Numbered from the stretch's first letter, positions 25,968 to 38,653 are shown. The stretch is 64,000 nt of DNA from Octopus sinensis (GCF_006345805.1 NC_043019.1:31557360-31621359); one strand, 5' to 3'. The notes: a model not told the origin generated them from the sequence alone. Numbers and translations: made by a program.

Positions 25968-27161
25968 CTAATGTCTATTTACATTGGAAATTACCTGTCT
26001 ATGCTAGAGTTTGTAAGTACAATTTTTCACCTCTCAGCTACTCACAGCAATTGAACCCATGTTGTTTCCCTTAGTCTGAGGGTGACAGACACAGTGCTGG
26101 CTTATTCTAGGCAGATCTAGAACTAAGCAACAACAGCAACAACAACAACAATAAGCATAATCTCCTTACAATTTATGGCACACCCATCATGGTGCCAACA
26201 TCCTGATGGCTTTATCATTGCAATCACATCAACTGTTGCCAATCCAGTCTTAATCTGTTAGTTTAAGTCTGTTATCGTTTCTGTCATATTCGTGGTCTAT
26301 AATCACATTCTGAATCAAAATTGTCAATATTCAGATAAGACATTATCATCATCCCCATCCTTATGCTCCTCCTCATCATTATCATCATCACCATCATCTA
26401 TTATCCACAAGTGAGAAGCAGAATTGAATGGTTTCTTCTAATCTAGCTATGAAGTCAGCAGGTTTCAGTGGTGCTACACTGCTTCGTTAAGGACAGCTTT
26501 GCTAACAAGGAATTGTTTAGCACAGCGCCAGATTCTTTTCTTACCTCCCGTTTGTTCACCAGTCATCACATTGTGTGTTTCACACTGTTTCCTCCAGGTG
26601 ATCTTGTACGAAACATCATCATCATTTAGTGCCTGCTTTTCAGATGCATAAATGCTGATAGAAGAGCAGAGATTGGATAAGATATCCATACAAAGCTTTG
26701 TATCTCACAATATGTGTGTATGTGTCTATGTGTGAGTGACCTGAGTTTGTCACCCCCACCATCGCTTGATAACCGATGCTGGTGTGTTGACATACCCATA
26801 GCTTAGCAGTTTGGCAAAAGAGACTAATAGAATAAGTACTAGGCTTTCAAAGAATAAATCCTGGGGTTGATTTCTTCAACTAAAGGCAGTGCTCCAGCAT
26901 GGTAACAGTCAGATGACTGAAACAAATATAAGACTAGCTAAACATTCAATTTCCAAAAGCTGTGATTTCTAATCTCGTCTATGTGCTCTTTAGCTGTTTG
27001 GCCCATCACATATAACATTAGCTTGATCAGTTTTCCATTGATTCGTGCAGTGATAGTTCTCTCATATAATTGTCTATGTACACTGTGAAGTTTTACTTGA
27101 ATTTTATTGTAAAGCGTTCTTTGATTTGTTTGTATTCTTCACTCGTTATTTCGGTTTGTTC

Positions 27162-27360
27162 ATAGGCTTCTCAGCCTTTTGGCTAAGATCAAAGTGTAGT
27201 ATTTGTTCTTATTAGCTTAATATCTGATTATTAGCTTAATATCTATTTGGGGCCATTGATATTAAACTGGTTTTTAGAATGAGGAGAAGTGTTAGGGGCT
27301 TGCTCCGCCTTTGCCACGGGTTGGCCTGGTATTGCAGTGCTTCCAGGATTCAGCCCATCT
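27162..27360 (+). pseudogene. U2: U2 snRNA copy, full length but degenerate
   Basis: GCTTCTCAGCCTTTTGGCTAAGATCAAAGTGTAGTA 5' stem and branch-site recognition GTAGTA; 3' GGGCTTGCTCC and CCTGGT-ATTGCAGT-GCTTCCAGG stem IV; altered Sm site (GGTTTTTAG); internal 17-nt duplication. Confidence 0.88.
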
Positions 27361-27613
27361 TTAGTAGGCGCAGGAGTGGCTGTGTGGTAAGTAGCTTGCT
27401 TACCTACCACATGGCTCCGGGTTCAGTCCCACTGCATGGCACCTTGATGTAATGATTGCATTATTCAATTAAATGGAGTTGCTTGAAACGATCGTACTGC
27501 ATTACCTCTGGATATCCTTGCTGCTTATTTTGATTAATCACCATATTTTGAAATTGTATGGATAATACCGTACTAAATTCTGGTACCTCAACTTAAGTAC
27601 CATATTCATCTGA

Positions 27614-27667
<54 letters not shown>

Positions 27668-28010
27668 GGTGTATGGCTTAATGACTTGGGTATTCAGCTC
27701 ATGATAGTAAGGTCATGAGTTCGTTTCCTGGTAGCACATTGTGTCCTTGAGTAAGGTTCTTTAATTTTCATTGATTCATTCCACTCAGCTGGCAAAAATG
27801 AGTTGTACCTGTAATTCAAAGGAGCCAGCCTTGTCACATTCCGTGTCATGGTGAATTTCCCTGAGAACTACTTTAAGAGTATGCGTGTCTGTGGAGTACT
27901 CAGCCACTTGCACATTTCCTGAACACAGGCTGTTCTATTGATCAGTTCAACTGAAGCACTCATTATTGTAACTGACAGAGATCCAGGCTATATTTATATA
28001 TTATATATAT

Positions 28011-28065
<55 letters not shown>

Positions 28066-28109
28066 GATATATATATATACACACACACACACACTCACAT
28101 ATATATCTG

Positions 28110-28141
<32 letters not shown>

Positions 28142-29419
28142 TACACTCACATATATTCATACACCTATACATATACATACATACACACCTACATACATAC
28201 ATACATACATACATACACACATACACACACACATACATATAGATATGCTAATACATATAAACGAGTGCTTGTGTGTATATGTATATTCACACACGTTAAC
28301 CTTTGCCTGAATGTCATCAACTGAACATTTATCATTCTTCATCTTCTACCACACACCTTTTCCTTTCTTCTTTCTTTCTTTTTTTTGGTTCTCTATCTCT
28401 TTTTTTTTTGTTTTTTTTTAGTCCTTGTTGAAAAAAAGTACAAATATTATTGTTGTCAACATCATTAACATTAGTCCCCCACCACCACTACCACCACCAC
28501 CACCACCACTGCCGCTGCCACCATTGACTCCACTGTCACCAACAAAAGCAACTACAATGACTATTTTCATGGCTTAGACATCTTATTACATTGTCTTGAG
28601 GCTGCTGTATCATTTTATTCTGAGAAATAAAATCGTTTTTCTGTTTTTGGATGAAATCTTAATTTTCCATCTTAAATTGTATCCAGACAGTGAACTTCTG
28701 TTGCCTGGGTGGAGTAAATGAAAAGACATTTTAAAAAGAAAACATAACTGAAAGGAGAAAGAATAAATACTATCAAAGGAATTCTTTTCAGTTCCATAAG
28801 AAGGCAAATGGTAATTTACTTGTATCGAAGCATTCAATACTGGGTAGAAGAAAATTATTTTCTTGTCTAGTTACTCTTTTACTTATTTCAGTCATTTGAC
28901 TGTCGCCATGCTGGAGCACTGCCTTTAGTCAAGCAATTCGACTCCAGAACTTATTCTTTGTAAACCTAGTACTTATTCTATCAGTCTTTTTTGCTGAACT
29001 GCTAAGTTACAGGGATGTAAACACACCACCAGTTGTCAAGCGATGTTGAGGGAACAAATACAGATACAAAAATACACACACACATATATATAGACATATA
29101 ACAACAGGCTTCTTTCAGTTTCTGTCTACCAAATCCACTCACAAGGCTTTAGTCGACCCGAGGCTATAGTAGAAGGCACTTGCTCAAGGTGCAATGCAGT
29201 GGGACTGAACCCTGTTAGAAAAAAATTTCACTGAAAATTTATTAAAAAATGATTAACTAGGTGCAGATATGGCTGTATGGCTAAGAGGTTTGCTTTACAA
29301 CTGTGTGGTCTCAGGTTCAGTCCCACTGCACAGCATCTTGGGCACGTGTCTTCTTTTATAGCTCCAAGCTGACCAGTGCCTTGTGGGTGAGTTTGGTAGA
29401 TGGGGTATGTGTCGAAGCT

Positions 29420-29825
29420 TGTTACTGCGACGTTTTGAAGCATCTGAGGGACAGCATTCGGTGAAAGTGAGCAGATCTATGCAGTGCGAAGAATTGGATT
29501 CTTCATGACAACAATGCACCCTGTCACTGAGCTCTCCTCACTCGTGAGTTTCAGCAGACTTCCATCTCTTCTCCAAAATGAAAATGCAGCTCAAAGATCA
29601 CTGTTATAACACTGTTGTTGGGATCCAGAGTGAATCACAGAAGGTCCTCAAATTTCTTACAGAAAATTACTTCCAGGCTGGAGTTCAAAAGTGGTAGGAT
29701 TGCTGAGACCAGTGTATCACTGCACATGGCAACTATTTTGAAGGAGATAGGGTTAAAACTTAGGTAAATAAGTTGCTTTTTATTAAACATAACTAATCCG
29801 GGAACCTTTTGCTACCATCTTGTAG
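29420..29825 (+). mobile_element. Mariner transposase 3' remnant with terminal repeat
   Basis: WIL..DNAPCH, FSKMKMQLK and GNYFEGD-like fragments; a reverse-oriented piece of the same end at ~9712-9850. Confidence 0.7.
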
Positions 29826-30089
29826 AAGAGATTGTAATCCAAGCACATCTTGTGAAGTACATCTTCAGATTTTTATTTTAATATACAATTTTAAAATAGG
29901 ATAAAATCCTTATAAGAAATTATCAAGTAGTTAGCGTAAAAAACTTCATAAGGGAAAAATTTATTAATTTTTCCCTTTAAATATATCTATTTATATTAAG
30001 GGCATTACTATACATAAATGCCTCATGCTAGGAGGGACTCTTAAAGTCAAAACTACCATAATAAACACATTGTACTGAACTTGAAGAAA

Positions 30090-30140
<51 letters not shown>

Positions 30141-30408
30141 CAAATAAGAAAATGGAGAGGATATAAAATTGGCTGTGAGGAACTATCACCTACACACCCT
30201 TTTGTTTTTGCCAATTTGCTCACTTGTTTCTATATGCTTATTTGTATTCACACCCTTGTTAATGCAGTTACCAGTTTTTTTCCACTCGCTAATCTGTACC
30301 ACTCATACATGTGCGTGTATCCACCCAATACATTTGAATAAATAGATATACTGGAATGTTTACTGGCTGACATCTGTTGATTTTATATCCTCTCCGTTTT
30401 CTTATTTG
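30141..30408. mobile_element. Small element with ~30-bp terminal inverted repeats next to (TA)n
   Basis: caaataagaaaatggagaggatataaaat / attttatatcctctccgttttcttatttg. Confidence 0.6.
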
Positions 30409-30591
30409 GTGTATAAATCAAGGATAAACCACTTGTTACTCCCACACATATATAATACTATAATACCCTATTGTGAGATTGGCATGCAATAACTAGCACT
30501 TGGATATGAATAATTGGGTACACTACTACCAGCAGTATATTGGATAGGTACTATCCCTTAGTTGGTTTCTCAACCTCTAACTCCTACAGAA

Positions 30592-30640
<49 letters not shown>

Positions 30641-30865
30641 CACACATACATTTATGTATTTGTTTTGCAAGGTTCCTGATATGAAATCATGTGTTGAAAC
30701 AGATATTATTATATTTTGGGATGGTCATTTCTTTATTTATTTTTTTTTTTTGCCAGATAAACATGCATTAAATATAACAATATATATATGTATGGTGTAT
30801 GTATGTATGTTTGTATGTATGTATGTATGTATGTATGTATGCATGTATGTATGTATTTGTGTGTG

Positions 30866-30907
<42 letters not shown>

Positions 30908-32188
30908 AGGCTTCTTTCAGTCTTCATCTACCAAATCCATTCACAAGGTTTTGGTCAGTCTGGAACTTTAATAAAATACATTTCTTCAAAGCACCATTAA
31001 GCAGAACTGAACTCATGACCATGTGGATGGGAAGCCAACTTTTCACCACACAGCCATGCTTCACAATTAAACGGTTAAACTCATTGTCAGTTTTCTATTG
31101 TGCTAGCCACAGAATCGCTGCTGTGTTATTTTTACTTGTCGTTTTAGTTCTTTAAGAGTTAAAAGGTGTAAAGTAACTGAAAAGGATTTCATCCTAGATC
31201 TGAGATTAATATAATTGATTGATTTCTAAGAAGGGCAGAAATGCACAGATTTCCCCTCAAGGGTTACAATATTCTTCATTTATCAATTGCAGTTGATGAC
31301 AGCTATGGTATTTTATCAACCTCTGGATGATGAATGGTAAAGTGCAAAGTTCTTCGACTAGATAAAATATACTGATTTTTTGGTTTTCTTTTTTAGCCAT
31401 ACAAACAATAATAGCAACAGTTATTGGTAGTGGCTTTTATTTATCATCATCATCATCATCATTATTGTCATCATCGTCATCATCATCATCGTCATCATCA
31501 TCATCGCTACCATCATCTTCCTCCTCCTTCTCCTCTCCTTTTTCTCCTCCTTCTCTTCCCCTCCTCCTCATTATCATCGTCATCATAGCCATCATCATCG
31601 CCATTATCATCATCATCATTACCATCATCATCATCGTCGTTGTTGTCATCATCACCACAGTCATCTTCCTCTTCCGTCTCCTCTCCTTTTCCTCCTCCTT
31701 CTCTTCTCCCTCCTCATTATCATCGTCATCATAGTCATCATCATCGTCATTATCATCATCATTACCATCATCATCATCATTACTATCTAATATCTGCCTT
31801 TCATGCTGGTATGAGTCAGGCGCTTTGACAAGAGCTTGGAATTCAGAAGACCACACCAGGTTCCATTGTCGGCTTTGACATGGTTTCTGCAGCTGGATGC
31901 CCTTCTTAATGCCAACCACTTTAAAGAAGGTAAACGGATGCTTTTTATGTGGCACCAACACTAGTGAGATCACCAAGTAACTGGCAAGACAAAGATCCCA
32001 TGACTGAGAGAGGAGAACTATTGAAGAATGCTGCTTTGAGCCAGGTGATGAGAAGCTAGAGTATGAATAAATGGTCAGAAATTGGTGTCTGGCAGTAAAG
32101 AAACATGACTACCCAATTTGGGAGAGAGAGGAGAAAGAGAGAGAGGAGGGAGAGAAGAGAGAGAGAGAAGAGAAAGAATATTCTTCTA

Positions 32189-32224
<36 letters not shown>

Positions 32225-32598
32225 GGAAAGGTGGGAAACTTAACATTTCTCAGTAAAAGCTAGATTGGTATACAAAACTACTTTCTGTAGTTAAGAGTAA
32301 TGAAATTTCAAGTGGATATATATCTGATTTCTGCAGTGAAAGGCTTAACATATTTGAGAAATGGTATACAAATATATGTTGGCAGAATATTCTTGTCTTT
32401 TATTTTTTTATTTGCTTCAGTCATTTGACTGTGGCCATGCCAGAACACCGCCTTTAGTTGAACAAATCGCCCCCAGGACTTATTCTTTGTAAGCCTAGTA
32501 CTTATTCTATCGGACTCTTTTGCCGAACCACTAAGTTACATCGGTCGTCAAGCAATGTTTAGGGGACAAACACAGACACACAAACATATACACATACA

Positions 32599-32634
<36 letters not shown>

Positions 32635-32641
32635 TATATAT

Positions 32642-33361
32642 ATTAATAAATATGAGGGTAGCAAAACATTCTAGAAAAAATTCTCCGCTACCAGCGGTCT
32701 AGTGAGAAAGAAAAGATAGTCAAAGACTATATAATATACATTCAACAATATAAGGAATGGCCATAATAGGCCATTCGACTCACTAGAAAGAGCAGCCAAA
32801 CTCAAACCGCTAAAATAGTTGTAATTCTGAAATAGAAAGAGAAATAAAAACATTTACCCTTTCATCTCTGAACTATGCATAGTTTCGACAAACTTTAGTA
32901 AACAAATTAATTAAATTAAATTAAATTTATTTACAACTGGCGTGTCTCGTCAGCAGAGAAGCCGAGGACGAGTATATATCCACGAGGCGACAGTAAAGAA
33001 GTCTCCAGTCTATATGCTCTAAATTTTCAAAATCCACCGCCACCGCGCGGTCTTCTCAGCAGCAAATATAAACTGCTGATTTAATTTCAAAATTAGCAAA
33101 AAAATCATTAATTAATAAATATAAGGGTAGCAAAAAATTCTGCGCTACCAGTGGTCTAGTGAGAAAGAAAAGATAGTCAAAGACTATATAATATACATTC
33201 AACAATATAAGGAATGGCCATAATAGGCCATTCGACTCACTAGAAAGAGCAGACAAACTCAAACTGCTTATAGTTGTAATTCTGAAATTGAAAGAGAAAT
33301 AAAAACATTTACCCCTTTCATCTCTGAACTATGCATAGTTTCGACAAACTTTGGTAAACAA
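32642..33361 (-). mobile_element. Non-coding HHR-bearing retrozyme/Penelope-pLTR-like element, ~1.5 tandem units
   Basis: Near-identical direct repeats ~32642-32905 and ~33110-33361 (offset 456 nt at the HHR site); inserted in the (TA)n tract of a SINE whose halves lie at ~32400-32640 and ~33365-33533. Confidence 0.72.
32865..32959 (-). ncRNA. Type I hammerhead ribozyme motif (complete)
   Basis: Minus strand: TCTCTG-CTGACGA-GACA...TGTC-GAAA-CTA-TGCA-TAG-T-T-CAGAGA; stem I 6 bp, stem II 4 bp with long AT-rich loop, stem III with palindromic TGCA loop, GUU cleavage triplet. Confidence 0.8.
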
Positions 33362-33938
33362 TATATATACTCAGGCTTCTTTCAGTTTCCGTCTACCAAA
33401 TCCACTCACAAGGCCTGGTTGAGCCGGGGCTATAGCTGAAGACACTCACCCAAGGTGCCATGCAGTGGGATTGAACCCAGAACCATGTGGTTGGGAAGCA
33501 AGCTACTTACCACACCACCACTTCTGCGCCTGTATGTTCCCTTTACAATCATAAGGTTTTGATTTCTCTCCCACTGCATGACACTCTCAGCAAGGGTCTT
33601 TAACTATAGCTCTAGAATGACTTGATGCCTTGTGAGTGAAATTTGCTAGATGAAAACTATACAGAAGCATGATCTGTGTGTGGTGGCAGGAGTAACTGAG
33701 TGAGTGTGTGTGTGTGTGTTGGAGGAGGAGGAGAATGTCACAAAATCTGGGTTGTCACTAACAACTACTTTTATAAATTTGTGAATATGATGACATTTCC
33801 TGTTTCGTAAAATATCAGGATTCCCAAATTTTATTAACTGTTTTAAAGATGTTGTATGCAATTATGAAACTAAATTTCTTCATTTAAAAAAAAAAACCCA
33901 TTGATTCATCAATAATTCTTTTTCTTTCATTATTTCAG

Positions 33939-34001
33939 TACTTTGTATTTGATTTCCACATGGCTCCAGCTATGTTATTTGACCAAATCATTACATTAAC
34001 A
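33939..34001 (+). CDS. OTOF: Otoferlin-like ferlin, C2B domain exon, 63 nt, phase 0->0
   Basis: Long pyrimidine tract + tttcAG acceptor, ACA|GTAAGT donor; YFVFDFHMAPAMLFDQIITLT continues C2B (human [21 protein letters not shown], recalled). Confidence 0.94.
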
Positions 34002-34454
34002 GTAAGTACAGAGAATTTTCTTTTTATTCTTTCTCTCTTTGCACTTTACACACACATACACACACATATATATACATATACATACATATATGTGGCTCTA
34101 TGTATATATATATATATATTATATATATATATATATACACACACACACAGAAAATATTGGGATTTAGTTCACAAGTGATCTTAATGACTAGGTATGCAAG
34201 GTAAGTGCTGTAATGGATTATGCTTCTTTTTTCTTCTATTTCCTCATCTCTTTATTCCTTTACTATTGTCTTCTATGTCGTTAATCCATTAATCTAAACC
34301 CTTTTCACTTACCCTATTTGGCTCTGATGACAGAATATCCCCCACGCTGGGATATCTCAGAAGCAGCTATAAGACTTTGAATGTTTTTCCAATAATAATA
34401 ATGTACACAACTTGAGATGTTTGCCTTGCCTTAACGTTTGTTGTCATCTTTATC

Positions 34455-34501
<47 letters not shown>

Positions 34502-34513
34502 GAAATATATATA

Positions 34514-34544
<31 letters not shown>

Positions 34545-34583
34545 CATACATACATACATACATATATGTATGTCTGTATATAT

Positions 34584-34615
<32 letters not shown>

Positions 34616-34806
34616 CAGACATACTATCGCTAGCCACTAAACCTTTTATTTTCTCTCTCAGCTTATTTCTGTGTTCTTTTCTGTTGACGAACATAGGCTT
34701 GAAACATAAAAGACTTTCTCACTTCCTGTGCGTTAAACTAATACACCTGCTTGTTGTTTGCACACCCGTCTTCGTCTTTTGTTTTGTTTTTTTTGTAAAT
34801 TCCAAC

Positions 34807-34872
<66 letters not shown>

Positions 34873-35974
34873 GCAATTAAGGACAACTACTTAATAAGGA
34901 AAACTTAACAAGAAATTGTCAGGTAGATAGCGTAAAAACCTCATAAGAGAAAAAATTTCGAAATTTATTTCTTATTGAACATATTAATTTATATAAGAGG
35001 GCATTATACATACATGCCAGAAGGCTTATACATACATGCCAGAAGGCATGTATGTATAATGCCTTCTGGCATGTATGTATAATGCCCTCTATATATAAAT
35101 TATATATAATATATTATATATATATTTAATATATATATTCTGGTGAAGGCCAGTTTGTGGGGTTACCCTGGGTTTCCCGTCCATAAAGGGTTTAACTTTA
35201 TGGCATATCTTCAGACCGCAAGACCTGTTGGCCTATGTAACCCTTTTCCAATACTCAGATAGTTTCCAGTTCTCCATGTCAGCTGACATGAGTTCAGCTA
35301 CAATTTTAACCTTTATGATCCCCAACACCATTGACTGTTCAACAATACATCAGTCTGTTCCTGAAAAAAAGAGACATAAAAAAAAGAGCTACTAATAGTT
35401 TCATACCATTATGATATTTGAACAGGTGTATTTATAAAGTATGCCATGTGTCTTAAAGCAAACTTTCAGACTGTTTATGCATTATATATAATTTTTGAGA
35501 AAAAGGCTGTAAGGCAATAAAAAAGATATGAAAAAATATGGAAAAAACATGAAGAAGGTTGGTGCAAAAAAATGGAATGAGAAAAAACAAATGAAATCAA
35601 GAACCATGATCCTCATTCTCCCTGGCCGCAGTTCATTAAATACAATTCATTTAGAACAAAGTTACTGAAAATATGTCAAAGTCTATGAGACAACAATTCA
35701 ACCTGGAGCAGGTAGTACCCTCCAATTCGATATAAATATATTTATACATGTGTGTGTGAGTGTGAAATACAATAAATGACAAAAGAACAGGAAATAATGC
35801 TATAAAGTCCATTGCATAATTTCCTATTCCTTTGTTATTTATTTCATTTCATATTACACTCTGTACTCATCCAACACTTTATTCTGAAGCATTTATATAT
35901 TGAAATCTAACTCAATATGTTAGTTATTAGTATCACTATACCTAAGCAAATGTTAATATATATATAGGTATATA

Positions 35975-36014
<40 letters not shown>

Positions 36015-36659
36015 GTGTGTGTGTGTGTGTGTGTGTATGTTTGTATGTATGTATTCTTTTACTTTTGTTTCAGCCATTTGACCGCAGCCATGCTGGAGTA
36101 CTGCCTTAAAAGGTTTTAGTCTAACTCATTGAGCCCCAGGACTTTTTTAAACCTGGTACTTATTCTATTGGTCTTTTTTGTTAAACTGCTAAGTCATGCA
36201 GTCATCGGGGGGCGGGGGGTAACAAACACAGACACAAAGGCACATACACACATAGATATATACAAATACGTACATGCATGTATATATATATACAATGGGC
36301 TTCTTTCAATTTCCATCTACCAAATCCACTCACAAGGCTATAGTTGAAGACACTTGCCTAAAGTGCCACAAAGTGGAAACTGAACCTAGAACCATGTGGT
36401 TGGGAAGCAACCTCCTGACCACACAGTCATGCCTATATATATATATATATATATATACCATACTACACTGGAGTCCTGACAGATAACAGATACAAAGATA
36501 ACTCATACATCCCAACCATCACACATTCATAGTTTAAGAAGATCCCTAAGAGAAGTATACATTTCACCCCTATTTTTCACTTTAAATATGAGGATCAATA
36601 GAGGCAGAAGCATCCTAGCCTTACTAGATAAGCATTTTCCTAATGAGCATAGATATAGA

Positions 36660-36944
36660 AAAAAATACCTCTTTGATCTTGGCCACCAGCTCAACCTTAG
36701 TGTTGCAGGCTGAGTAGTTGGTGTCATTTTTAACCACACGCCCACACATAGTAATCCATGATATTACTAGCAGGGGAATTAAGAGACCAGAAATTGGGAC
36801 TGGTGAAGTCCTAGAAATTCTCTGACAGCTGCTTCTGACTCTTTCTGGAGGTATGACAAGGAGGCAAATCCTGCAACCACACATATGGCCTTCCAGCAGC
36901 AACACTCGCCAGCCATGGATTGACCAGAATCTCCAGTTGTTTCT
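36660..36944 (-). mobile_element. Tc1/mariner transposase fragment
   Basis: Remnant DYYVW and VVKNDTN...KVELVAKIKEVF; truncated at the long palindrome. Confidence 0.65.
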
Positions 36945-37306
36945 TGGCTGATGCTCGATACTTTGTGAATTCTGTAAAGGCTGTAAAAATTTACTTGGAT
37001 ACCACGGAAACCAGGTCCCCACTCCATCCCACCCAAATTGTGGTGATCTTTAAATATATCTCCAGTGGGGGTAAGATAATGTTACTCTAGATCTTTGAAC
37101 AGAGCCTTAAGTCCAGTTCAGACAGCTGTCTGAACTGGACTTAAGGCTCTGTTCAAAGATCTAGAGTAACATTATCTTACCCCCACTGGAGATATATTTA
37201 AAGATCACCACAATTTGGGTGGGATGGAGTGGGGACCTGGTTTCCGTGGTATCCAAGTAAATTTTTACAGCCTTTACAGAATTCACAAAGTATCGAGCAT
37301 CAGCCA
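36945..37306. repeat. 362-bp palindrome with no spacer
   Basis: 181-bp arms centred at 37125/37126 (gacag|ctgtc); no mismatch seen by eye. Confidence 0.92.
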
Positions 37307-37478
37307 TGATGTCAGCATCTTGATACCCAGAACAAATTACCATCATACACGTAACCCTTTTCCAATACTCAGATAGTTTCCAATCCTCCATGTCGATTAC
37401 ATATATTTTCAACTATAATTTTAACCTTTGTACTCTCCAACACCATTGACTGTTCAACAATACATCAGTCTGTTCCCC
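37070..37478 (-). pseudogene. Degenerate antisense coding-like segment, partly duplicated at ~35165-35361
   Basis: Minus frame CIVEQSMVLESTKVKIIVENICNRHGGLETI*VLEKGYVYDGNLFWVSRC*HHG*CSILCEFCKGCKNLLGYHG...; GG|GTAAG donor near 37178; the sister copy keeps a ttttttcAG acceptor; product unidentified. Confidence 0.4.
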
Positions 37479-38653
37479 AAAAAAGGAGACATAAAAAATA
37501 ACATCACATTAGCATGAAGTCCCTGTAACTATTAATTTATTAATTGTTTTACTTTTATTTTCATGGCTTCCCTCCACCCTCCCAACATGCATTTCGCACA
37601 TTCTCCCATCCTACAGAGAAGACCAAGAATCTGAGTGATATTTTTTTTTATATCTTTTAATTATTTTTCTTTATGCATTATGCTCATTATGCATTATACT
37701 GCTGATTGTTTTTCCTCGTCAATAAAATATACTAAATTATTGATAGCTGATGTGCGCCACTCAAAAAGATGCATTTAACTAAATGGCAGATTAATAGATG
37801 CAATTAAACTAGTTTCAGACACATTATGGTTCTAAGAAACATAACACTATTAATAGACACAAAATGCATTGTATGACTAAAAGGTTCCATTATTCAACTA
37901 TATTCAACTAACACAGCCACAATGACTATGATTCCGACAGAGATGCAGTCTATGGACTGAAATAGTTTCATGAGAAATTAACTCAATTTCTTTGTATTTA
38001 TGATTAGGTGATATTTTATTGATGATATTGCCACTGTTAAACATATGGCGTAAAATTAGTTATTTCCATTGTTTAAGAAAATTTGTTGCATATAGGCGCG
38101 GGCATGGCTTTGTGGTAAGAAGTTTGCTTGCCAACCACATGGTTCTCAGTTCACTCCCTCTGCGTGGAACCTTGATTGAGTGTCTTCAGCTATAGTATCA
38201 GGCTGACCAAAGCTTTGTGCATGGATTTGGTAGATGGAACTAAAAAAAGCCTGGCTTAGTGGTTAGGGTATGCAATACTTTATTGATAATATTGTCGCTG
38301 TTTAACACCTGGCCTGAAATTAGTTACATTGTTTAATAAAATTTGTTGGAAGGTTAAATGAAGATGATGATTAGCAATAATTAAAATGAGACTTGTTCAT
38401 CCTCAAAATTTATTTCCTTTTATTTGACAATTTTATACAGATCAAGTCTCCATGTTCTATATTGTTGTAATTATCGCTAATAGACATTGAATTGAAGCGA
38501 ACACAGAATTAGCCATTGGAGGAATTTACGGAGTGATCAATAACTAATAGAAGTCATAGACATTAAATACTGATCAATGTTGTTAGCCATAAACGGGAAC
38601 ATAAATGAGAGCCACCATAACATTTGTCTGGATGATATATCCCTCTAAACTCT

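Noticed and set aside
37178-37478. In-frame TGAs read as selenocysteine or mitochondrial Trp
   Set aside because: A TAA and a frameshifted sister copy are present, there is no mitochondrial protein resemblance or visible SECIS, and CpG decay is sufficient.
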